Assembly: GCF_018350175.1 (NCBI RefSeq)
Contig: NC_058368.1
Coordinates: 35,342,001 to 35,406,000 of the forward strand
From: Felis catus
Lineage: Eukaryota
DNA: 64,000 nucleotides
Reading direction: 5' to 3'
Positions 25,068-38,375 of the stretch are shown here, piece after piece. Within the stretch, counting starts at the first letter, position 1; each line of letters opens with the position of its first letter. Under the pieces are notes generated by a model. The model did not search any database. It saw only the letters and a program-made list of their open reading frames with translations, and was not told where the DNA came from. A program made the translations under genes and the position numbers.

Positions 25068-25280
25068 ATTTAAATTTTATTGTTTATTTATTTTGAGAGA
25101 GAGAGAGAGAGAGAGAGAGATGAGCAAGGGAGGGGCAGACAGAGAGGGAGACAGAGAATCCCAAGCAGGCTCCGAGCTGTCAGCACGGAGCCCAGCATGA
25201 GACTCAAACTCACAAACCAGGAGATATGATCTGAGCCAAAATCAAGAGTTGAATGCTTGACTAAGCCACCCAGGCACCCC
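25068..25280 (-). mobile_element. CAN-SINE
   Basis: Reverse SINE with (GA)n tract. Confidence 0.93.
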
Positions 25281-25341
25281 TACCCCCCCCCCCATTTTTT
25301 AATTTTAAATTTTAAAAGTAACCTCTAAAATACTGTTTACA

Positions 25342-25502
25342 GGGGCACCTGGGTGGCTCAGTCAGTTGAGGGTCTGACTTGGGCTCAGAGCATGATCTCA
25401 TCAAAGTTCATGAGTTCAAGCCCCACATCAGGCTTGCTACTGTCAGAGTAGAGCCTGCTTCAGATCTTCTACCCCTCTCTCTCTCTCTCTGCCCCTCTCC
25501 GA

Positions 25503-25544
<42 letters not shown>

Positions 25545-25584
25545 AATAACTAAACATTCAAATGTAAATAAATTAAAATAAAAT
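25342..25584 (+). mobile_element. CAN-SINE
   Basis: Head GGGGCACCTGGGTGGCTCAG; TSD AAAATACTGTTT on both sides. Confidence 0.95.
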
Positions 25585-26597
25585 AAAATACTGTTTCAGC
25601 AGGGGTGGGGGAGGGTTCTTGAAAATTGTTAAGCCAAAAAAAAAAAAAAATTGAACAAAGAAAGAGCAAAGAATAGTCTTTAAAAAGGCAAAGCATGCAA
25701 ACATCAAAATAGAATTTACAGAAACCTCCAAACAATATAACAAAATGAAATCAAACATAACATTTATAAAAATAAACACCTATGCTAAAAACCCTTAGAC
25801 TTGACTACAAAACAAAAGCTAGCCTCCCTAAAGCAAAATGACAAAAAAATTACAAGTAAATATTTGGACAAAATGCAGCAATTAAACCCAAGGAAAAAGA
25901 AATTGCCAAATTATATTAATAACAAAAAAGTAGATTTCAACAAAAATTAAATATGCAATATTTTATTTTTGTATGAAGATACAATCTATAATAATGATAC
26001 TAGAGTCAAGCAATTATACTTCATAATATAAAATACAGGAAGCAAAAACTGTTAAAAATACAAAAAGAAATAATAGAAATACAGTAGGAGGTACATATTT
26101 TAATAAAACATTTATAGGCTTTAAAAAGTAAATAAGATTAAAAATTATTTAATAAATCCTAAATATTTAATAATATTATTTAACATATTTATATTGAACT
26201 GTATATGGAAAACAGAAATAATGCACTTCTTTCTCAAGTGGAAATTTTTACAAAAAGTTTTGCATGGAACTTTTGCAAAAATAGTACATATGAAACCCTT
26301 TTTAAAAAGTATAAATAATTTAAAAGAAAACTTCAGAAATTCTACGGTATACATTCTTTGAAACCAATTCAAAAACAACAATAATGACAACCCTACAAAT
26401 TAATGTCAAAACATTAAACAAAAAATTTCAAATGTTTGAAAAATTTATATTAACCTCATAAATAGCTTATGTTAAAACATTAGAATAACAATTGCATCAA
26501 GGTTTTAAAGTAGCACTAAGGATAAACCTGCATACCAAACACCTGGAAAGTGGTCAATGTTACTGAAAAGAACTATTCATCTTGATTGAAAATGCTT

Positions 26598-27180
26598 TTA
26601 TTATTTACAAAGAAGAGTTATGGATTCCATGAAGTGGCAAAGATAGTAAAAAGAGGTCCCATGTATCTTTCACTCCATTTCCCTCAAAGGTATGCTGTCC
26701 CTAGTTATAGCACACGATCAAAACCAGGAAATTACATTGAGGCAATGAATATATGTAGTTATATTGTTATATTATCACATGTGTAGATTTGTGTAACTGC
26801 TACAACAATCAAGATACAGAATTATTCCATTACTACAAAGATCTCCCTCCTTCTACCTCTTTTTGGTCACGCCCATTCCCCTTTCTGCCACCATCCCTCA
26901 CCCCTTGGCAACCACTAATCTGTTTTCCATCTCTGTAATTTAGTTATTCTGAGAATGTTATGTAATCATACAGTAGGTTGACTTTTTTTACTTGGCATAA
27001 TTATCTCAAGATCTGTCCAGGTCTTTACATGTATCAATAGTCCATTCCTTTTTTTTCTTCTGGGTGCTGTTTCATGGTGTCGATGCAGCAGAATCTGTTT
27101 AGCCATGTGCCTATTGATGAACATTTTGATTGTTTCCATTTTTTTTTGCTGTTATGAATAAATATGAACATTTGTGTACA
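26598..27180 (-). mobile_element. LINE-1 3' end (L1MC/L1MD-like), antisense within the older L1M
   Basis: GCAAAGATAGTAAAAGAGGTCCCATGTA...ACAATCAAGATACAGA...GGCAACCACTAATCTGTTTTCCATCTCTGTAATTT. Confidence 0.8.
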
Positions 27181-27806
27181 AAAAAAGGAGAAAAAGGCTA
27201 ACTGAATCTTGAATTACACAAATTAGAAAGGAGGTACAACAAAGCAATGTTAAGAAAATCAGAAGAAACTAATTCATTTTTAAATGTATAAATTAACAAT
27301 TTAAAATAAAAATTAAAAAGTAGAATTAATGTAAGAAGCAGTTCTTTGAACATAAAAGAAATCAATCTAAATAACTATTTTCCAAAAAAAGAGTAATTTA
27401 AAATAAAATCCGAATACAGAAATTTAGAATGAGAAAGGGTATATGGTACAGTACAGAGGTGATTAAAAATAATACTATATATCAGCCTATGCTAACACTC
27501 TAAAAATATCAACACACTATACATTTTTTCCCAGGAAATGCAGTTAGTGAAATCGACCCAGAAGACTCAGAAATCATGGGAAGAATTTAAAAGTTAAGCA
27601 GCGAATCATTTGGCAAAAATGTACCAAATTAAAATAATAAAGTATCATACTTTATAAATCCTTCTGTATAGAATAAAAATACATGATTAGCTTTCCAGCT
27701 TATTTTATAATTTTTTGCATAATCTTAATATCTAAATATAAAAATAGGCAAAATAGGAATTCAGGCCAACTTCACATATACATATGCATTTGAAAATTTT
27801 AAATAA

Positions 27807-28025
27807 GGGGTGCCTGGGTGGCTCTGTCGGTTAAGTGTCCAACTTCAGCTCAGGTCACGATCTCGCGGGCTGTGAGATTGAGCCCCATGTCGGACTCTGT
27901 GCTGACAGCTCAGAGCCTGGAGCCTGCTTCAGATTCTGTGTCTCCCTCTCTCTCTGACCCTCCCCCATTCATGCTCTGTCTCTCTCTGTCTCAAAAATAA
28001 ATAAACATTAAATTTTTTTAAAAAG
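27807..28025 (+). mobile_element. CAN-SINE (SINEC_Fc)
   Basis: Full-length, near-consensus body. Confidence 0.97.
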
Positions 28026-28243
28026 AAATTTAAGTAAAATCTTAGGAAATCTATTTCAACATATTTTCAAAATTTTCACCATGACTGCAAGATTCATTTT
28101 TGTAATATAAGAAAAGCTTATTTTATATTAAGAAGTTTGTTAAGATATCAAATAATAATTGAAAAAACTTTCAGCAATACATGCTAAAAGGAATTCACTA
28201 AAATTCTACATATATTCCAACATATTAACAAAGAAAATCTCTA

Positions 28244-28457
28244 TTTTTTTTTTAACGTTTATTTATTTTTGAGACAGAGAGAGACAGAGCATGAACGGGG
28301 GAGGGTCAGAGAGAGAGGGAGACACAGAATCGGAAACAGGCTCCAGGCTCTGAGCTGTTAGCACAGAGCCCGACGCGGGGCTCGAACTCATGGACCCTGA
28401 GATCATGACCTGAGCCAAAGTCGGACACCCAACGGACCCAGCCACCCAGGCGCCCCA
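28244..28457 (-). mobile_element. CAN-SINE (SINEC_Fc)
   Basis: Full-length; TSD ACAAAGAAAATCTCTA (28228-28243) / ACAAAGAAAGTCTCTA (28459-28474). Confidence 0.97.
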
Positions 28458-28666
28458 GACAAAGAAAGTCTCTAAAAGATCACAGGAAGAATTTCAGAAT
28501 TTCAGAGGTCTCTCATAAATTTGCTACTATGTATCACTATACACACAACTGCATTGTGAACTGAGACCCAACTGACAACCCCAGCTCCTCTGTTAACTGA
28601 GTTTACCTGATTCAGACCTGAATCCTCATCTGTATCCATATAAACATCTGTCCTTAGGAAAGCTTA

Positions 28667-29098
28667 CTGTGGAAACACTGTGCTCTGTTGCCTAGATTCT
28701 CCCTTCAAGGAACAGCTTGATGCCCAGATGCTAGGAGTTCTACCAGTAGACAGCCCTTGACTCTCAGCCTATGAGGAATTACTGCAAATGCAGAGAAGTG
28801 CCTCATCCAAGGTCACACCTTTTCTAGAGTGGCCCTCATTCAACACAGGGATATGAAGTGCTGGCCATCCTAACTCAGCTAAGGACCACACGAAGGGTTA
28901 TTCTGGCTCTGGAGCTCTTTGGGGATCAACAGAGGCCACCATTAGGACCGTATTGAAGCTCAACCTCTTTCTCTGCCCAGTCCTGCTTTTTTTCCCTTCC
29001 ATTGCACAGGTGTTCATCTAGAAGGTGCTCCTTAATAAACATCCTGCCAGCTAAATTCCATCTCAGACTCTTCTTCCTAAGGAATCCAACCAATAACA
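28667..29098 (+). mobile_element. ERVL solo LTR (LTR16-like)
   Basis: CCAAGGTCACACC...TCTGCCCAGTCCTGCTT...CACAGGTGTT...AATAAACATCCTG...CATCTCAGA...GGAATCCAACC. Confidence 0.85.
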
Positions 29099-29459
29099 TT
29101 ATGACATCATAATGTTATTCAGTACGTAGTCCCAGTATTTGTGCCAGGCATTACCTCTTAGGGAAGGGATTTAAAAAGTGTAAGGAACATAGCCTTTTGT
29201 TGTCACCTCAGATCTAGAGATGCATCTTTGCTCTATTTTTGATGTGTTGCTCTGAGCCTCAGTTTCTCATCTGTAAAATGTAGAAATCTAAGGGATTTCT
29301 ACACCCTTTCCGATTCAAAAATGCCTTATGATAAGACGTTCAAACATATTTGATTTAAAACTTTAATGTCCATACATTCATTTAAATACTTTTCTAAACA
29401 ACATAATAATATAATCACTCAGTAAAAATAAATTGTTGGATAGTTGGAGGTTAAATGTA

Positions 29460-29830
29460 TTTTATTCATCAACCACTTACTGGGCAATTATTATGTGCCA
29501 AGTTATTGGGATAGGTTCTGAAATTAGTAAGACATTGCCCCTACCCTTGAGAAGCTCACGATTTAATGAAAAAAAAAAAAAAGATACATAAAATAGTGTA
29601 ACAATAATCCATTAAGATAAGGTCAGCAATAAAATGCATTATGTTCTGTTGGACGATAGAGGAATGCACTCAACTCTGCCTGAGGGGCACAGAAATGGGT
29701 CCCAGAGAGGTTGACAGTCTCTGAAATAGAAAACGAAAGCTGTCCAGAAAGAAAAAGCAATGTACACAAAGACAATCTCTACAATCAGTGGTGTTTGGAG
29801 AACACAGGACATGGTTGGGACAGCCGGAAA
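29460..29830 (-). mobile_element. L2 fragment
   Basis: ATTCATCAACCACTTACTGGGCAATTATTATGTGCCAAG...CCCTACCCTTGAGAAGCTCAC. Confidence 0.65.
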
Positions 29831-31196
29831 GGGTTAGCAAATCAGTTTGAGGTTGCTATCGAGCAGTGGCAACTGTCCTTCTAGAGCCACCCTGTGCACT
29901 TCCCGTGTGCTCAAGATTATGATTCTCTGGATACAGATTGTGGCCCAGAAATCTGCAAGCCAAGTTGATTGGATTGATTTGCAGATGAGATCTGCAAGTT
30001 ATATTTTAATAAACACTGGAAGCGTTCATACATTCCAGTATGCCCAGGACAGCCTCACTTTTCACCTATTATCCCAGCAAAACTAGCAATCTATGCTTGT
30101 TTGCATGATAAATTATTACTGTCATTCCAGTCATACATGTGTACCATGAAGGTGCCCCAGGGACCACAGAGAAGGATATGGGGTAAAAGATGGTTTAAGG
30201 AGGGGAGGCTCTGGCCCTTTACCTGATGCAGTTGGATCAATGTCATTCATTGGGCTCTGCTGGAGATTTCTTCTGAAGAACAAGTTCTGATACAAACAGA
30301 AATACAAATGGAAAATCATTGAATGGTTTTAAACATACAATGACAATGCTCAGATGGATAGATGACCTTGATAGAAAGATTGGTCATAGACCATCTTGGT
30401 ACCTGTGTAGACTACGAAGTAGAATTGGGTGATCCACAAAGGAAACCGTTCAGCTGTCCAATGGAAGCATGAAGGAGGCCCTAAATAAAATATTGAGATC
30501 ACGAGAAATATGTGAGAAATTTCAAAACTGGCAGGATGTGTTAATTAATTTTCAGGACTGGGGTGAAAGATGTGGGTGAGTTACGGACGACTCCCATGTG
30601 AACATACACCACTAAAGAAGAGACCCCAAGATACACTGCATGAATGCTCTATTATTTAACAGCTTAGGAAAATCTTCTGCAAAGGGCAAAGAGGATTTAG
30701 TGCAAAAGGCCAAATCTCTTGCCTACATATACAATAATGACAGCATTTATTCCACTTATAAAAATGTTCTTTTACCTTAAACTTTACTAAGCATTTTTAG
30801 ATGGTCAGACTATACTCAAAAAAATAAAATTATAATGTTGAGGTCCAGAGTCATAATGAAATAAAAATTTACTAGTGTTGTATATAAGTGTTTAATCATA
30901 ATTCTAAACTGGGTGAATTCAGGATTTGGGGAGCTGAAGATTATAAAATTTTGAGGAATGTCTTATAAAAAAGAGTACCAAATCAGGTTTAGAACTAAAT
31001 TTTTACTCAGGAAAAGAAGAATGTATAAATTATAAGTTTTAAAAATATGAAAACATCACAAACAAAACCTAGAAAATATATTTATTACCCACTTAACATC
31101 TTCCTATAATACCTTTTTCCATATAATTGGCTATATCCTTTTTAATCACCTCTTCATAAGACATGATTTTATATGATTTTCTATAGCATGGTTTAT

Positions 31197-31439
31197 CAGG
31201 CTTTGCAATCTTTGCACTATTGCCATTTTGCACCAGGTAATTCTTTGGTGGGAGCAGCTGGGGGGAGGGGGGAAGAGGAGACAGCCTGCCCTATGAATTA
31301 TAGGTATTTTTGCAGCATCTCTGGCCTCTACCCACTAGATGCCAGTAGCATCCCCCCAGTTGTGACCATCAAAAATGTCTCCAGACACTGTCAAATATTC
31401 CCTGTGAGGAAAAATATCACACCCAGTTGAAAATCACTG
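31197..31439. mobile_element. MER20 hAT-Charlie element
   Basis: GCAGCATCTCTGGCCTCTACCCACTAGATGCCAGTAGCA...AAAAATGTCTCCAGACA...CCCAGTTGAAAATCACTG. Confidence 0.92.
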
Positions 31440-31464
31440 ATCTGTAGAAAGAAGGGAAAGATAG

Positions 31465-31848
31465 TGCCTTAGTCAACTTGGGCTGCCTTAACAAAATGCT
31501 TTAGATGGAGTGGCTTAAACAACAGAAATTTTCTCACAGTTCTGGAGGCTATAAAGCCCAAAATCAAGGTTCTGACAGGGCTTGGTTTCTGGTGAGAGCC
31601 CTTTGTCTGGCTTTCAGCTAGCTGCCTTCTCACTGTGTCCTTACATGGCTGAGAGGCAGGATAGGAAACAAGAGAAAGAGAGAGCAAGCTCTGTGATATC
31701 TCCTCTCATGAGGATGCAAATCCTACCAACCCATTCTTATGACCTCATTTTTATTTTATTTGCCTTCCCATAGGCCCTATATCCAAATACAGTCATATTG
31801 ATGGTTAGGGCTTCAACATATGAAATTTGGGGACAACACAATTCAATA
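31465..31848 (-). mobile_element. MaLR solo LTR (MLT1A-like)
   Basis: GGCTTAAACAACAGAAATTTTCTCACAGTTCTGGAGGCT...GGTTAGGGCTTCAACATATGAAATTTGGGG. Confidence 0.9.
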
Positions 31849-31894
31849 GAAAATAGATAATAAGTCTTTACTGTGGTTCAGTAAAAATAAATAA

Positions 31895-31897
<3 letters not shown>

Positions 31898-31927
<30 letters not shown>
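31898..31927. repeat. (AAT)10 microsatellite
   Basis: Direct reading. Confidence 0.95.
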
Positions 31928-31928
<1 letters not shown>

Positions 31929-32577
31929 GCATTTTGGAAAAGTTTCTATAAGCTTCACGACTCATTTGGTAATAGTTAACTTTATAATTGTCAAATTTGA
32001 GAAAATATCAAGTTTCCTTCATAAATAGCCTATAATATTTCAGGACATTCCAAGTTTTCTGGAACAATGATTAATCTTACATGCTTTTTTGAATTAATGA
32101 TGCTTATTTACTAGTTTATCACAGATGCCCTCATTGGAATGGTATATTACAAGTTTTATGTTTCTGTTGTCAATGTCATCTCAGCAAAATAATTAATAAG
32201 AAATATGCCTACGTCTAGTTGGGGCAAAAGGTATCTCAGACAGGGAAAAGATAATAAGCAAAGGTTTGTCCTAGGAATGAGAGAATCTGTATGGGTAGCG
32301 TGCGGTATGTAGGTAGGGTGGTAGTGGATGAGAACATTGGCAAAAACGCTCTGAAGTCAGGAGGGGAGGTGGAAAATATTGCAAGGTGCTGGCAAGTGAC
32401 TAAAACTAGATGGCCGCAATCTGAAATTCGGGTTAAGGAGTCAAAGATTGGTTGATGGAGCACTAGGCATATAAAAAGGCAATATGATGTGGGTGAAGAT
32501 CATTAGCATCAGACCCATTAGCCAAACTTCAGTTTAAAGAAAGAGCTGACACAAACTCACCTGTGAAATCTTTAACG

Positions 32578-33015
32578 GTGTCAGTTCGTGTCCTCTGAGG
32601 TGGACACCAGGTTGAAATTCGATGTACAAGAGATTTCTTGAGGGAGAATGCCCATAGAAGATAAAAAAGAGAAAGGACAGAAGATAGAACCCTTCGAATG
32701 TGAGGAGGACCTGACACCTGCAGAAAGAAAGACAGAATGGAGGAGAACTGGCTGCAGGTCAGCTCTGAGAAAGTCGAGGCTCCAGGGCAAAGACAGCTTA
32801 TTCTGCAATTGGCAGAAATGGGCCGGCTCTAGAACTCAGACCGTGCAGACTCATTGGCTAGGGCAGCCCTGGGAAAGCACGGTTTTGGTGTGATGCTGAA
32901 GGTGCGGAGGCTGGAGGAAGTAGGGCAACAGGTTCTCTTGAAGGGATATCTGAGCTTTGCACCTTCAAGGCTGCCTACTAGCCATGGCTTACTCATAGAA
33001 GTAATTGCTATGCAC
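32578..33015 (-). mobile_element. ERVL LTR (LTR16-like)
   Basis: GTACAAGAGATTTCTTGAGGGAGAATGCC...CCTGACACCTG...GCAGGTCAGCTCTGAGAAAGTC. Confidence 0.7.
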
Positions 33016-35314
33016 ATAAATCTGTGCCAGTAAACTGCAACTAAATGTATCTCTCACTCACATTCTACTTAGCCAGATCAAAAATACGTCCTGGCCCACT
33101 GCGACATGAGTATAAATACGACAGATTGGAAGATGGAGTGAAATGACACAATGGGTATCATTGGTTGCAGTTAAAATATCTTACTTTTGCAAATTTACAA
33201 AATCATATGTCTCTGTGAACACATTGCTGAAGCCCCTGCCAGGGCATCGGAAGGGGCCCATGCAAACAAAGACCTGGAAATTTAAGATTCTTTAGCTTCA
33301 CATAAATCTACTTCTGTTTCTAGGGGTGGTGGTGATTTTGTTATTGGACATGCACTAGCATGGAGACCTAATCCCACTCCCAAATCCCCAAAGCTCTCAG
33401 ATCACTAAAACTAGCATAGAATGAGTAGATCTAGAGAAAACGAAAGAGCTGTCCCTCTTCTAGAATACAAAATCACCAAGTTCAGTTGGACCAGGGAGTT
33501 CTCATTTTTCAACTTGGTATAGAGGTCAAACTCTAAAGGTGGAGTGAGGAAGTTCAAGGTGGGGGCAGTTCTCAATACGATGTATATAAGAGCTCCAGAT
33601 AAGGGAAGTCCACATAGGACAATGTAAAACAAAAATAACCAAAAGTGGGATGCAAACCCTGTTAAGGGGCTGCCAGGATCTAAAAGGGTGACCCAGAGCC
33701 ATAGTCAACAGTTAGGGCTAGCCTCTAGACTTAGGCACTGGGGCAGAAGATTAAGGAGAACACCAGGAAGCCAGACCTCCTTGTCAGCAGCCTGACTTTA
33801 TCAGTGCATCATGAGGGTGGGAAAACTGCATTGTGAATTCACTATCCCCAGATGTCACTGGGGAGGAAGGAGCTGCTGAAACATTACTACCCATTCCCCT
33901 TCGGCCTAGGAATTGAGCCTGGGAAGACAGGCCTTTATTACCCATACCTAGGCAGAGCAGGGGAAGGAAGACAGGTAACGAATGGGGAATTACATCCTTG
34001 CTGGGCATCCAAGCCTCAGAGCTCTAAATGTCCTAATAACCACCTCCAAGCTGTCAAGATACAAATAAAAGGAAAGCCTAGCCAAGATGAGACCCTGAGA
34101 GACATAGAAAAAGAGTTACCAGAGGAGGATAAAAACAGCAATCGTGCGTGTGTGCACTAACACATGCGCTTTACTGGTACAAAATGAGATGCAAGCAAGT
34201 CTGAAAATAATCCTGGAGGAGAGATCAAGAGGCAAATCAAGATAACAAGAGAAATGGCAAAAAAGAGACCTCAGGAGGGTCACAGACAAGTGGCCCTTTT
34301 GCAATTGCATCATTTGTATAAAATCCAGGTGTACGCAGCAAAACCGGCACATCCCTCAGTTTAAAAATCTCTTTCTTACACAGAGTTAATTTGTGTCCCA
34401 GGTTTCTGGTTATTGGTCTCATGTTACCCCTAAAAAATAATTTAGAACCTATGAGTGGGCTGAAGGAATTAAGGATTCTCTCCAGCTATAAATTATTTAT
34501 CACCTTATTCCACTTTCTCTTTACCTTCATTGGGATGCTTCCAAATTGACAAAGAAACCTATTTACTGTTAATTGATTACCACTCTAAATTCATTGAGAT
34601 TGCAGCAGTAACAAGCATTTCAAGTAGTTTGGCTGGGATTAGCTGTATCACATCACAGAAGAGGAGGTGAGAGACGGCTACCACAGGTTCTCTCCACTGA
34701 CAGTGGACTTCTAATTCCAAGTGCACATGCTTGCTTCGGAATTCAATACAACAGTCTTAGTTTGTCTGAAAGACAAGCTAAAGTATAGAGCTTCATCTTT
34801 GCAGCACAAATGATGGTCAATGGGAATTAAATCAGGAAGAAAAAAAGAGAACAGTTCTACTACACATTAAACTTACTAAAAATAGATTAAAAATTCTTGA
34901 TAACATATCTGTTGATAGCATTAGAAAAAGTTTTCATTTTTATTCAGTTCTGGCTTCCCAAATATAATAAACATGAAATTCTAAAGCAAATACATGCAGC
35001 AGAATCTAGTGTTGCATGGGAATAAGGAAATATTCTACACCAAGGAAATGTGCTCTAAGGAGATGTATTTTATTTCACAATATTTTTCCAGAAATGACTT
35101 GTTCATATTATCCATTCAATACTAATGTTTTACTGTTGAAATTGCTATTCCCCAAAATTGAGAGTATTTCTTACCAAAGCCACAGTTAATTGCAATAAAG
35201 CCAGGGGTCAGGGGTGGAAGAGCAATCAAAGAAAAAAAATAGTTAAAATGAATATACTTAAGAACTTTGACTCAATCTACAAGAATGACAATTTCTATCA
35301 TAAATATTAACATC

Positions 35315-36170
35315 AATTTATTCATTCAACCAATATGAACTGAATTCCTGGCTCAAGCCAAACATGATTCCAACGGTAAGCAAATCTGAGAAAAAACTCT
35401 GTCCTCATGGACCATACATGCAAAGCAAGATGGAGGGTGTTGTGAGGAAAACAATAAACAAACTTATACAGTATTAAGCTGTGATCAGTGCTATGGAGGA
35501 AAGAGAGCTGAAGTACAGGGATAGGGTTGCCATTTTATAGTGAGTGGTCAAGAAAGACTTTGTGACAAGGTGATTATTTTAGCAGAAATGTCAAGGTGTA
35601 GAAAGAAGCTATTTGTCTATCTCGGAGAAGAGAATTCTACGCAGAAAGATTAGCAAATAGAAAAGCCCTGAGGTGGCAGTTTGTTAGCATGTTGGAGGTA
35701 TTAAAGTGGTTGGTGTGCTAGAGCAAAGAGGGTGTGAGAGAAAAGTCAGCGATGATGTCATCAGAGTTTGGATCAAGCAGGGTGTGGGCAACCACCATCC
35801 AGACTTTGCCTCTTCCCTTGTGAATGGACGGGTCTGGCTCCTCTGAAAAGAATGGGAACAAAGAAATCCAGAGGAAGGAGAGAGAGAAGTATTCAGGAGG
35901 TTATCAGAGTAGCCCAGGCAAAAGATGTTTCTGAGAGATTTCAGTGCCTCCACTTTGCAACAGTTCAAAGACAGGACTGTCAGACCTCTGGGTGTCAATT
36001 TCCATAGAGAGGCAGAAGTTGAAGATAGCTGAGGTTCACGTCCTAGAGTTGCCATTTATTAAGAAGGGAAGACCGTAGGGGAAGGTGGGCAGATTTGAGG
36101 CAGAGAAATTAAGAGTTTTATTTTGATCATATCAAAATCGAGATGACAATTAGCTATCCAAGGGGAGATA
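35315..36170 (-). mobile_element. L2 fragment
   Basis: TTTATTCATTCAAC tail...AAAGCCCTGAGGTGG...GAGTTGCCATTTATTAAG...CCAAGGGGAGAT. Confidence 0.8.
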
Positions 36171-37059
36171 TGCGTGCATGTGTGTGTGTCTCTTACTGGT
36201 CATATTACTGAGAAAAAAATCACTATTGCTGCTAGTAGGATTGAATCATGGATTCAATTAAAAAAAAAAAAAAAAGCCAAAGGAGGAAATGCCTGAGGCA
36301 TCAGAGAAACACTGAAGGACTATTGAACTGACATAGCTAAAATGCCAAAATGTCACCAGCTGAATGATCTTAGGGTGTCAAACAACTTTTCAGGGGCCCA
36401 GAAGTCTCTCCTGTCTAAAATAAAGAAGGATGACTAAATTCCATGAATGAATGATTCAGCCCTTCCAAATTCAAAGAGGATGTAAATCCTCCCAAACTAT
36501 TCCCCACAAATAGAGCCCTCTTATCCACCCCAGGAAAAGGAAAAAAAAAAAGCTATTGTGTAGATGACAAGTCTCCTCCTTTGGGAACTTCACTTGTGTT
36601 AAGGCCGATCTTTGCAGAGGCTGCACAATGTAGAGTGAGAAATGTGCAAGCTTTCAGACTCAGCACGTTCCAATCCTGGCTCTTGTGGCAGGAGCTCTGT
36701 AACCTCGCTCAGATCTCCCAAATTCTGCCCAAGAGTCCTTATTTACAAAAGAAACCAAAGAATACTGTTCTCACAAAGTTGCTACCAAGATATAAAAATT
36801 AAAGAATTTAACACCATGTAATGTGGTATATAATGAAATGGGATTTAGACTCCACTATATGATTTAGAATATACCATAATATTTAGTTCCCTCCTTTCTT
36901 TTTCCTATCTCCCCACTCCGCACTCCACAGCTTGAAGGAAGCTGGACGAGAACCAAGCCCTTTAGTGTCAGGATTTGATTAGTCACGTAGCTGAATGAGT
37001 GAGAGCTCTCTCAATGATATGAATTAATTTACACAGTGGGGAGGCCAAGAGAACTACGT

Positions 37060-37230
37060 TTTTAAGCATCTACTATATGCAAGGTATTTTGTAAACATTG
37101 CTCAAATTAATCTCCATAACAAATATACAAGGTAAATATTTTCATCCTATTTTATAAATAAGGAATTGGAGGCTCTAAAAGGTTAAGTAATTCAAGTAAT
37201 TCACACAAGATCATGCAACCAGTAATTGTT
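37060..37230 (-). mobile_element. MIR fragment
   Basis: CTACTATATGCAAGG...CCTATTTTATAAATAAGGAATTGGAGGCTC...AGGTTAAGTAATT. Confidence 0.75.
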
Positions 37231-37539
37231 CTCATCCATGCTTGATTCTGCAACGTCTTTCGCTCCCTTGATGCTGCTTCCCACCCTTGCTGGGTGCCTA
37301 GTGTTATATTGAAACATGGTGGTGGGACCAGGTCTCCAGACTAAGAATAGCCTGTGAACATGACCTGTCTAGACTTATGCCTGTCTGTGCCTCTCTCTTC
37401 TCTGAGTCCCGCCTGCCACTGTGCTCTGTCTGTACTTCAGTTTTTATGATCAAAGCCCTTCTTTAAATCAATGTTATTCCTGATCAGTCATCTAAGCATG
37501 TCTGTAGCCAGCAGCCTGGCCTGCAAAGTGATCTCCTTT

Positions 37540-38375
37540 GACTACTGTTATTCAACTTTGTAGAAACCTAGAAGTCATCTTTAAGTTTTCCCCTAAGTCA
37601 CTGCTAACATCCAATCCATCATCAAGTGCTGGGTCTCTATGTCCAAAATATCTCTCAAATATTCCCACCTCTATTTCTGTAACCATCAACCTACTTCTGG
37701 TCACCACTAACCAGTCACCTGGATTTCTCCCATTTTCTCTCTTCCCCAAACCCAATCATTCTCCACTTAAACAAAGTAAGATTTTAAAGTGGAAACGAAT
37801 GATGCATACCCCTTTCCTTTCCTTTCAAACAACGTCCTTAGCTTCTCACTTCTCCTCTAATAACATCCTTACCCTTTTCAGGAACATGCACTTACCCACA
37901 AGCCAGCATGACCTGGCTCTGGCTCTCACTTTTACCCTTCATGCACCAGCCACAGTGGTTTCCTTTCACTTCCAGGGGAGGCAAGGCTCCCTTTTCTCTG
38001 AGATGTCCTGCTCCATCCCTTCTCAGATGCCTCGTTCCTTGTCATCCTTCCAGTTTCTGCATACATGTTACCGCTCTATTTCTATACTCATTTCCATTGC
38101 TTTATAACAATTGCAGTTTGTAATTGCATCTAGTTGACTTCCAAAAGAAGAGCCTTCCAGGTAGAGGTAAGAGCAGCCACAAACATGTGCAAGGGTTCCG
38201 ATCAGAGGCGAGAAAGAGCTATGTAGATTCAAGAAATACGCTGAAAAAAAATTTTTTTTTAACACAAACTTTATATGCCAGACTGTGGACTCCATGGCAG
38301 CAGAGCCATCCTGTCTTATTCGCCAATTTACCAAGCCTTATAGGAATAGTGCCTGATACTTAAGAGTCACCTGGT
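37540..38375 (+). mobile_element. L2 fragment
   Basis: AGAAACCTAGAAGTCATC...CATCCAATCCATCA...GGAATAGTGCCTGATAC; pyrimidine-rich L2 3' region. Confidence 0.7.

Larger units (their letters stand above)
23330..28240 (+). mobile_element. Highly degenerate old L1M ORF1/ORF2 remnant, fragmented by later insertions
   Basis: A-rich plus strand; ORF1-like remnants (GAAAACCTGTGAAGCTGGCTTC, CTATGTTCAGCCAAGTTATAATTCAAG) and ORF2-like remnants (AGCAGTTCTTTGAACAT, AATTCAGGCCAACTTCAC). Confidence 0.7.
30909..33316 (-). mobile_element. Arthur1-like hAT-Tip100 DNA transposon with nested insertions
   Basis: Left end GGGTGAATTCAGGATTTGGGGAGCTGAAG and right end GGAAGGGGCCCATGCAA...TTTAGCTTCACATAAATCTACTTCTG match my recall of the Arthur1 termini. 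Confidence 0.7.

Noticed and set aside
37538..38107. 189-aa ORF
   Set aside because: Lies in a pyrimidine-rich L2 remnant, starts at TTG, is S/L/P/F-biased and has no recognisable domain
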